Shown piece after piece: positions 21,199 through 32,800 of a stretch of 64,000 nt of DNA. The notes beneath the pieces were generated by a model, which was not told the origin of the DNA, ran no database searches, and worked only from the letters and a program-made list of their open reading frames with translations. This stretch comes from Bugula neritina. Its lineage: Eukaryota > Animalia > Bryozoa. The DNA is taken from positions 11,676,463 to 11,740,462 of the forward strand of contig OZ037770.1 in NCBI GenBank assembly GCA_964035545.1, in the 5' to 3' direction. How positions within the stretch are numbered: position 1 is the first letter of the stretch; every line of letters begins with the position of its first letter. Both the position numbers and the translations under genes were made by a program.

Positions 21199-24100
21199 TT
21201 ACTCATTTAGTTCTTTGTCTGTAACATCCTGTGCCATAGACTTAACACCTTCACCTGTCTCATTAGCACTCACTGATTTTATGAAGGAAGCAACTGCTAG
21301 AGCTACATCAAGAGTGTGGTGAGCTTTTGATACAGTCTTTCTTGGAGTGACCTTTGCTGCTATGCGATATTTAACCTCTTGACCTTTAGGGTGGCACATG
21401 CATCTCAGATTCTCAGCAAAGCAGGTTACACTGAAAAGCAGATATACTCAATATCAGTACATGTGATCATTGCTAGAACTATGCATGGATTCTTCAAGAC
21501 AAATACTGAGCATTTCAAGTGCGGTATATTTTTCTGACAGAAATGAAATATATAAAGTTTTTGCAGACTAGTTGGATAATGCGTAGATAACCTTTTTACC
21601 TGTTATAATATAACGTCCAGGGTCCTTCATCTCTTTGCACAAAGACATTACAGTAATCCCTTTTCTTGCCATCTTTAAACGGTAGACAGCATTTGAAGGG
21701 CTTGGCTAAAGGCATCTCAGACTCCAGTTCTATTACGTGACTAACAAACATGTCTGTAGTGTACACCTGTATAATATTGAGTTATATACAAAACAGTGAA
21801 ATTACATGTTCCTGCAAGCTGCTACAATTGCCTGCTTCAGGTAGTTATTATATACAAGGGATAGGTTTCTACTGCATAAATGTATCTTAAGAAAAATACA
21901 TGCATGTGATAGCAAAATGTTATGCATATATTTTGTTCAGTTTAGGATTTTACTATTGAATATTTAGCAATGTTGTACAATGTATTATTAGGTTTGCTCC
22001 ACACTAGACTTGCCTGTACTTTCACTAAGCTAGGTTGAGCAAATGTTTCCTTGTCTATAACAACCCATGTGTCTGGGAGAACTTCAATCTGGCCACCTTC
22101 TGGTCCAATTCTTTTGCTGGCCTTGTTTAGGCAGTTATATTCATCTTTAAGTAGAACTGCTTGTACTGGAGTGACTGCTGGTTCTTCTACTGAAGCAACT
22201 GTTGGTAGTTCTACTGGAGCAACTGCCGGTAGTTCTATTGAAGTGAGTGTTAGTACTTCTACTGGAGTGACTGCTGGTTCTTCTACTGAAGCAACTGTTG
22301 GTAGTTCTACTGGAGCAACTGCCGGTAGTTCTATTGAAGTGAGTGTTAGTACTTCTACTGGAGTGACTGCTGGTTCTTCTACTGAAGCAACTGTTGGTAG
22401 TTCTACTGGAGTGACTGTTGGTAGTTCTATTGGAGTGAGTGTTAGTACTTCTACTGGAGTGACTGTTGGTTCTACTACAGCAGCTGTTGGTAGTTCTACT
22501 GCAGTGACTGTTGGTGCTTCTACTGTAGTCACTATTGGTATTTCTACTGGAGTGACTGGTAGTTCTACTGGAGCAACTGCTGGTAGTTCTATTGGAGTGA
22601 GTGTTAGTACTTCTACTGAAGTGACTGTTGGTTCTACTACAGCAACTGTTGGTAGTTCTACTGCAGTGACTGTTAGTACTTCTACTGTAGTCACTATTGG
22701 TACTTTTACTGGAGTAACTGGTAGTTCTACTGGAGTTACTGGTAGTTCTACTGGAGTGACTGGTACTTCTACTGGAGTAACTGGTAGTTCTACTGGTGTG
22801 ACTATTGGTAGTTCTAATAGGCTAACTAAACTCTCAACTGGGGTAACTGCTGATGGGTACTATAAAGAAGGCAAAATGCTCACGAAGAACACAAAATTTC
22901 ACTTATTTAAAATCGACCTTTTTTATTCATCTGCCTTTTGCGAAGTTATCCAAATATGGGCAATAACTGTATTTCAGTGATATTTGGATGAAACAAATAG
23001 CATTATGTGAAATGTCAAATGAAAGCAAGGCACACCAGAGTGTTATTAAATAAGCTGGGAAATCATTTTTGTCATTCATTGAGCAGCATTTTGAATTATT
23101 GACGTGGACAATAACTGCTGTAGTGCCTAGGCTTTTATAGTAGGAAGCTGTTGTGTTAGACTTTATATGTAACTGTCAAAGCGCATATAGCCAGGACCAT
23201 GGCCTATTTATTTAGCTCTGCAGATGCTTTTGTTAGGATGAGTTAACCCAGTAGCCCAGCTTTCTTATGATTTCACAAGCTTGCTGTTGAGTAACAACTA
23301 ACTAATGTTAAACCCAAATATTCACCAATGTATAAATTGTATTTGAATCATGAGCCACTTTGGCTTTTTGATATCAATTTATCTTTCTCATTTGCTAAAA
23401 TTAAATTTCATTCACCAACCTTTTTCTCGTTTGCTTTCTCGATATAGCCTTTCATCTTCTCATTACTCAATATCATGTCCCAAATAATGGTCTTTATAGC
23501 CGCTCTGACGGTGTGTTCATTTCTGTCATGTTGTTTACACACTGTCATTGATCTCTTCTCTCCTTCAGTTAATTTGGTTGTAGAGATCAAATCAAGGTAT
23601 TCAACTGCCTGTAAACAAACAAAAATTGATGATGCAGATGCAAAGTACACCACAAATAAGACACTGCAACTAAATTATAAATAGTGATTCTCTATTGATA
23701 AAGTATAACTAATAGTTTACTATTACTAATAGTTTACTATACAAAGCATATTGCTGCAAAGCATTTAAAAATCTTAGCAGCAAAATTATTCTTCAGAATA
23801 TTATAGCTGTATTTTATTGCTCTAAGTTTGACCTTTCAAAGGTCACACTTCCCTCACTCTGATTGGCTTATAACATACCTCGGCCTCTAATATAAAAGTA
23901 ATGGACGTCAAAAAGAAATCGAAACAAAACGATGATGGGAATGCATTATGAATTCAATCGATTCTGAAATCCTTACCATAAGCTCAACAATTACTAAAAA
24001 AATATAGAAAGTTGTGAGAAAGCTGAATGTTTCAAGTTAGAAATCAACAAATTTTAAACAACACGTATGTGAAATTCCTGTAATATCCAGTATCAAGATA

Positions 24101-27100
24101 TATTATGCTATACTGGAATTAATTCTATAATACAAAAAGTGTGCTTTAAAGGTTTTATTGAAGGATAAGTAGTATTTCAACGACCTATGAGTGATAAAAT
24201 GCCAACACTTTATCAACATATTAGTAATACTTTAGTGAAAATTTAAACAAGTATACCTTGGCGATATCTTAACAAACTAATTTGCAACTATAGATTTAAA
24301 AGGTGCAAAATAATTTGTGAGGTAAAACCAATAACATATCAACAGCATGCCATGTGGCATAACTCCTTTATGTTTTGTATTTGAATCAACCACTGCTATT
24401 ATTATGTATCCGTTTGTTATAATTGTAAAAGAGAGCATAACCATTATACCATACCTTATGTGCTCTGTCATCAACATTAGCCTGGTGTCTTAAAGCTTGT
24501 TGATCTTCAATAAGGGTGACTTTGTATTCCTCTAGTAAATCATAATATAGCTCCAGCTCTCTGTTCCATGGCCCACCTCTACGAACTTTAGCCAGGGTTT
24601 TCCCACTACGATTATTACTAGCTCCTGTCAAGCTCTTCCACCAGTGTTCAAGCTTGCTCTAAAAAACCACAAGCTTCACTATCAACTTCTATTTTGCAAA
24701 CATGTTGATAGGCAAGATGTGTTTCCAAGCTTCGAATTATGCAAACATATCAATTGAAAACCACAACCATAAGTTAATGCAAACAGCAGAGCCTAGTTCG
24801 AATGAAGTAGATGTTAACTTTTTTAATTTGATTTGTAAGTAACGTACTGTCAAATAGCTAGCCATTGCAGCATCAAACTCAGTTTCCTTGGAGTTTTGGT
24901 GGACAAAAGTTAGGCCATCATTGATCACAGAGATGAAGAGATTGAGAAGAAGAAAGTTTCCAGCCACCATAAAGAAGCCAAACAGAATTCTGAGAACAAC
25001 CGTGTCAATCTCTATCAGGTCAGTGTATTTGAGAACTCCTGCAAAGAGAAGATAACTCTGAGAAGCCCTGTGAACACAATGCAAACTCACTCAGTTTCTA
25101 ATGTAATGTGGGATATTGGACAACTCATTTTAACTTGAAATAAATCTTGTAAAGGTTATACTTATTTCATCTCCTAAAACATATTTACCTTACAATGTAA
25201 TAAGTAATCAAATGCATCTAATGGGTTACTTCAATTTGATAAGGTTAATAATTTCTAAATTTTAAATGTAAAATTGATTTTCTTTTCATAATAATTGTGT
25301 AAAATGAAGTTTATAGAATAGTATATGTATTATGAGATCTAAAATTGTTGATAGGCCTATTGTGTTAAAAATAATTTACAATGCAAGAAATAATAAATTT
25401 TATTAAAATCAAATTTTTTGAACTGTAGTATTATCATGCTGTGTATTATAATATTGTACCTATATAAGCTGTTAAGAGAAAAGGCTATGGAAAGCATTTA
25501 GCTATATATAGCTAATGTTTATGTATGTTATGTTTTTGCATGCTTTATGCTATTAAACCTACTTACATCATGTCCTACTTGCAATACAAAATATTTTTCA
25601 TAATGTAACATATACTGGATTAAAAAATTATATGAATATATGAAATAATTTCAGTTTAAGTTGGAAACATGAGTTGATAACTATATTATTATTCTCACCT
25701 ATCAGCATTCCAAAGAGATAGTAAAATGCCTTGAAAAACTCATTGAAAGTTTTAAACTGAGAACCAAACGCGACCATCATCACATGACTATAGAGTAGTA
25801 GGAAGCCTGCAAGGACCCCCACATACCAGGCTATGGTTGAGCCTGTGAATCTCAGAGACATCTGAAAAAGCAACTACAAGCACTAGAAAGACCGCCTATT
25901 TCTCAAAACCAGATTTATATGTTGAGCACTAAATACTTGTGTTTGATTAAAAAATATAAAGTCTCAAATATATTTATGGGACATTTCAAAAATATTGCAA
26001 GCTTTCGTTGCATTATATACTAGTATGCAAACAAGAAGCACACATCATTACAGCTTTAATCGAAGTGTTAAAGCTATTGTTAGCTATTCTATGCTTTTTC
26101 TACATGTTGGATGGCACAGCATATATACAGCTATTTAGGTTACTATAACACTGCTAACTTTTAGATTATTATATAAACCAAGCATTTTATGTTATTCATT
26201 CTTTTTCATTCAGTCTTTGGTGTTCAATGCATATCTATTATAGCACAACATATAGAATGATAAAGTTCAAATTTTTACTGCCTATAAAACAAGTTTTTGT
26301 GACAGCTATTAACAGCAATATTTTATTGGAAAATCTCACCTTTAGGGCTGTAAGTTGTTGGCTAAAGTCCATGGGTTTAAACAGCTGCATGATGGCAATA
26401 AATAGAACTGCAGCAAGAAACATGGAGTAGAAGTCATTCCATTTCATTACAGGGTCAAAGTTCACATAGTCTTCTAGAATAAAGTTGAAAGAACTATACG
26501 TATAACAGAATTTACCAAGTAGAGAAATTAGACACAGGATTACCTATAAAATATTATTTTAACTAATGCTTTATTAAAACTATCGAAAATATTTCAGTGT
26601 CGAAAGTCACATTTTTATTTAAAATACAAGGAAATAATAAGCTTTGGGGGGGGGGGGCAGAGAACCTGTAAACACTTCAAATGAGCCTAGAGTGGTTGAC
26701 TTTAATGCGCCTTATGCAACGTTGTTATCAAATATCTTTTAGTCTTTTTAAGTATATTTTATTAATATATTAGACTATAATATCAACAAAGCAAAGGTAA
26801 ACAGATTTACTATTTAATTTGTTTACAACTGGGACTAACAAAGAAATTTGGCTAAAAAAACTCATTTTTATTCCAATAAATATAAAATAGTTATAAGCAT
26901 ATTTGCTATTCAATGTGCTGCAGCTACACTAAAATAAATTTGGCGAAAAAGCTATCAGTGAAATAATCTTACTTCTGTTGTTCATCATAAACTCTACAGC
27001 TTTAACAACAGCTAAACTTCTTAGTACAAAGAAGAGGAGAATGAGTAGTCCAAATATAGCATTCAGTATCTCTACCACATGCCACGGGTCTAATACATAG

Positions 27101-29841
27101 CTTCTTAACCCAACCTTTACCAGAGCTGAAAATATTTAATTAAAAAAATTATTTTAGCAAAGAAAACAGACATAATAACAAATATTTAAAAAAAAAATAT
27201 TTTTTAAGATTTATAGTGAAATAACAGTATGTGTACTGTTTAGATTACTATTAGAAATATATAACGTAGCTTACCTCTCACTTCACTGAAGACAATATAA
27301 GAGAGGACCAGGTACCAGATAATCTGAATCACCAGAAAGACAAAGTCAAATGTATCCACGTAAGGATACGGTCTAAAGCTGTCCACTTTACTTGAAGCAA
27401 ATACACCTAAAATATACACACCAATGTACACTAGGATACGGATGGTGGGGGGGGGGGTGGAATAAAATATGCTGCCCAAAACCCTGGATTAAAAAAGGTC
27501 TTGTAAAATATAAATATTTACTGTTAAAAATAATAAAACTATAAACAAAATCAAATTGTTTTATTGTCTATGAAAATTAAAGATGTTGTTATGCAATATA
27601 AAATATTTGAATAATAGTTATGTTTAAAAATTGAAGCAAATAAATGTGTGAAATGCTTGAACAGCTAATTCTGATGCTAATTTTGTAAGTAATGCTTTTG
27701 CTCCTTCGCTTTTTATGGTGTAGTTCGAAAGTGAAGTGAATAATGTGCTAAAATCAGTTTAATATTTCTCAGTCAAAGTATTGAGACGTGAAAGTTATTT
27801 TTAGACCAATAGTAAGATTTTTTACTCTGAGCATATTAATTCTATAATGAGTGAAATTCTTTCAATAATTCTTTAACTTGCAGTAAAACCAACAACCTTA
27901 CCTCCAGTGACAGGTGTCTCTAACAGAATCTTCACTTGAGTGAATAAATTAACATTCACGTTGTTGATGACAAATTCTATAAAAATGGCTCTCGTCTGTT
28001 TATCTATCCATATTTCTGACTTCAACTTTGGGAGTATTATCTCCCAGTTACTCTGTATCATTGTGATGCTGAAACAAGGGAAGGAAAACATCATGTCATC
28101 ATAACTTTATCATTGTTGAACATAAAGAGTGAATAAAAAATTATGGTAAACAATTAATTGAAGTTTAGTTAATTTATGTATTGTTGTGATGATACAAAAA
28201 TACAATGCAAATATTTATAATAATATAATAATATGTTTATTGAGCATTAATGCTACCTGAAAATTAATATTTGTCTCTGCAATTTAAATCATTAAAAATT
28301 AATAAAGCAACAAAGATTTTTAAATGTAAGTCAAAATTGAATTATTACCAAGCTAGCTCCATGCTGGTTTCACTATAAACAACAGTGCCTGTTATTTTAT
28401 TGTATATTGTAGTTATTTACTAATATATGTACAATCAGTGTATAATGTATACTGTATAGTATAACATACGTATAACCGCTAGGATCATATTTATCAAGTA
28501 ATCCTGGAAACTTGGCTCCCTTTATGACGTCATGTATATATGGTGGATGAGTCACTCCCTCTTGATAAGTACCATTCCATCCTAGAATAGAATGTCACAG
28601 TGTATTTTGATATGTACCATTCCATCCTAGAGTGGAATTTTATAACAAACCTCATATTAAAATTATACATTCTTATTTAAAGTATTTGTATGTTAAACTC
28701 TTTTTTGCATGTATTTGTTTTGACATTCTACAAATATTTTCAATTTTTAGGTGATTTTTAAGAATGGCAATTTTGGTGTAAAAAATAATTTGTTTTCATA
28801 TCTAAACTTGTGTTTTGCTATTTGCCAGAAGTTTGTAAAAAATATATCAACGGTATGAGTAATATTTTTAATTGTTTCAAGATAGCTACATAGAGAATCA
28901 TATTCTATAAATATACACAGGTAACTTACTGGCATTCCAGTTTCTGGTTTCCTCTTTGGATTTACATCTGTACACTTTGAAAGCTCTGGCAGCGGCAACC
29001 ACGTCAGCTTCATCACACTCTGCTGCATAAATATCATCACAAAATCCGTAAGAAACATAAATGTCAAAATTAAGTTGTCTAAAGCAGGTATAATTAATAA
29101 ATCTGGAAGTGAATGTTGCTGCATGGATGTTTTCAGTATACAAAAGCAGTGAAACATTAGGAATGACTCAAAATATGAGCCTAAAATCATATTTCTGTGT
29201 TTTCATTGCTTCAAATGGGTCAGGGAGGATACTCGTAAGGTTCTTTCAATGCAACTGTTCCCAAACATTGGATGAAAAATTCATTTGCATAATGTGAAGC
29301 AATGGAAATGCAGTAATACTCTAAGTCTACATATTTTAAATCTAGGTGTCTAAGGCTAAATTTCTACACCAAAATATTTATAGCTATATATCAGTATCAG
29401 ACTTTTATAAACCGATTAGTTATAAGTATTTCAAGCACATCCAAGTATAATTAAATGTAATATAACCTCACCATCTTCATCTCTGTTCTGTTTCATCCTG
29501 AGAGGTCCCATCAAGTAGCCATCCATATTATAGATATACTGTCTCTCTTCAAGATCCATTGGATCTCCATTATATCTCACTGATGGGTAGACAACTGGGA
29601 ATACTGACTCTTCCAGCCATGGCCAGATGTCTTCTATTTTACTCAACTGTGTATATTAGCATAACATTTAACAGAAAAAATGTACGGTTTCATGGTTTAT
29701 ACTAGTCAACAGTGAACAAACACACTTATATATAATGCAGTTTATACAGTGAAAGTCATTTATTCTGAAACAGCACCACTATATAGTTTTCCACAGTCCG
29801 CTGATGATCGCGGCTATACACTCACGCACGCTCACGCGCAC

Positions 29842-29872
<31 letters not shown>

Positions 29873-32800
29873 AATGTACACACAAATGCACACACACAAA
29901 TGCACACAAATGCACACACGCATAAATGCATAAATGCATAAATGCACAAATGCACAAATGCACGCAATATCCAATCATCTCACACTGACTTACTTGGATA
30001 TCATCAAGCTCAAATGTGTCTTTCACTGCTCTGTTCTGGTAATAGAAATCTGAACTGGTGTTGTGACTGACAATTGCTATGAGAAGACCTACAAAAAGTC
30101 AGAAATAAACAAGAGCTATGACTGGGTATCAGATAGAGATAGACTATTAGATATAAAAAGATTGTGTAAGATATTTGCAAAGACAGCATCAAACAAGCTC
30201 AGTGTATGGAAAAACTAACCCCTACCTAAATACAGCATTTGAACCCCAATCCCCTTTAGCTTTTTCCATAGTCTTTTATGGAGCTTAGCTTCTGTATACT
30301 TAACCACCGGGTCAACTTTCTTTATTTTCTGGGGTGTGATAGGAGGTTCTCGTATTGTTTTAGAGTTCTGCTTGCAGTATAATTCCGAAACTGCAAAAAC
30401 CAGCTGCTCATATTAAAAGAACTTAAGATTTTAACGGCATATTAAACTTGTAAGAATTTGTTACATAAGTGAAGCCATGAGCATATTTCAATGTAAAATT
30501 AGCTTCTCAGCTAATAAGCAGCTGTTATGCATTGGGTAAACTCAGCGCTACACTTTACAGTTACTGCCTTTGAATTTGGAATAAAGGCTAAATTTTTAGG
30601 CATTATAATAGCTGTCACAGCTCAAAAAGTAAATAAGAAAATCTAGTGTCAAAAAGTATTTTTTCAAAGTGAATTTCACCTGTGCTTCTTCCATAATAAT
30701 CTTCCAAGTCAAGAGAGCTGTTTTGAAGCAAGATGGCTGCCAATGTTGCGAATAGTAATACCTGAAAGAGAACATAACTTATTTTAATTTTTATCTAAAT
30801 TTGTAAATAAATAGCAACAATGTTTTATAATAGTCTTGTACATACATGCGCTTTAAAGTTAAAAATAATTCATAGCTATAATCACTGCATTAGATACCTG
30901 ACAAGGCTGGGTAACCAGTACAGATAGTAGGATACTGAGAACAAAAGTAGACATCCATTCTAGAGACAGGTCTTTACCCCACTGTATACTGTACAGATAC
31001 GGCCACCAAACCCCATTGGCTATACACACACCACACAGTATATAGCCAAAGATTATGAAGAACCAGGGAAAAGAAAATGGTTTGTTGTTGGTCTTTTCTA
31101 GTCTCTTTAATTCTAGAATTGCAAAAACGCCAGAATAGGAAAAGCAAAAACACTTTAGATAGACTTTTTTAATAAATCAATCTTTTATGTTAAAATGTGT
31201 ATAAATTCAAAAACTCATTCCAAGATATGTAGCATTACATACACATAACCACACAAAATAAGAATACTTAGAAGATAAAAAATAGAGTTTAATGCTTAAA
31301 ATTATTCTTGAAAGAATTAGCAAGACCATGAAAAATTAAGCGAAGTGATTTATCTGTAAATTACCGTAAATCAGCATTATTGTCTTTTGCCAAATAATGA
31401 ATGTTTTTCTTGTTTAAATGCATTTGGGTTCATTAAAGTTGTGTAAATATAAAAATGACTCACCCATGTTGATATTTTGTGGAAGCTGTCCATCAGCAGT
31501 GGAAAGCTCATGTTTAACATATTCCGGCATCTTCTCAAGTCTGGAAGAGTCAATATTCATAATATTGCAACAAGAAGAAGTTATTGGCTGGATATTGCTT
31601 TCTTCGGACTTTTCAAACTTATTGTTGGAGAGATTGGAACTTGAAATCTTAGTTTGATGAATATTTGGAGAGAACGTCTGCTCTTTTGATGCAACAACAT
31701 TTGCCTCATCTTCAGTTAACTTGGAGTGTTTAAGATCTGAAATAGAATTATCACTAGTAATGAAGGCTTTTAAGAGAAAGTCCAATTGGTTTGCAAGTGA
31801 AAACATATAAGCAAATTTTTTACAAGTTCAAGTATAATAAAAATATATGGCAAGTCGTTTAGCATGCAGCACACAAACAAAAATATAAGTACTTATTGTC
31901 TTAGTGCCTACTTTTAGTAATAGCTACATGCAGTGTTTGTGAAATAATGATTTTTTTAATTATTCTGATAATTTAGTCAATGGCCTCTTATTACAAGAAA
32001 TCTCAGCAGCTAAATTTCAACGTAGAAAAGAACATACTAGCTTTACTAAAGTCAGAGCCAAGTGGTAGTGGTTCTACTGCTGTTCTTTCTTGGCCAACTT
32101 TGTGTCTCATCTTTCGTGGTATGAAGTTTCGACTTCGTCGAAAAAACAGCATTATTAATATGTTGGGAGGCAAAACAATTATTGCACCTGCAGATAAAAA
32201 CAGCAACTGTTATAATACCAATTTACCTGATAGTAATAACAAAATGATGGCTTGCTTATCAAAAAACATAGTAATTAGAATAATTAGAGGAGGGTAATGA
32301 GGTAGAGTACAGCTGCAAGGTTATGGTTTAAAATCAGCAATACTCTCTAGGAGGCAGGATGCTAACTCCAAGAATGCTTAGGTTAGCAATGAGAAGCAAA
32401 AATAAACAATAATAGAAATTAGTTTTAGCAGAGGAGCAGCAGGTATGAAAAAAATTGAGTAAAACTGATAAAGTATTGCCATGTGTTGAGAAGAAATGAA
32501 GACTATACATGTAGTAGAGAGAGTTAACAGAAAGAAGCATGACAACAGAATATTGATGTGAATGGTAAAAATCATGTATATAAAATGCTGAGAACTAAAA
32601 GTTGGAAATATAAAGAAACAGAAGAAAGAGATCATTTGTATGTTGATTTAGATGCATCAGAAGAAAGCCGAGTCAAGAGGTAAAAACGAAGAAACAGCTT
32701 TTATGAGAACCAAATTTTCACCGACCCATTATGGCAACAAAGAAGGTCCTCCATGAGAGGTTGATTGGGCCGAGTTGTACACTTGCCCCTGTGTCTTCTC

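Noticed and set aside
22051-22980. 309-aa Gly/Ser/Thr/Val-rich ORF on the + strand
   Set aside because: Antisense shadow of the repetitive PKD1L exon; the splice sites and the homology to copy B are on the - strand.
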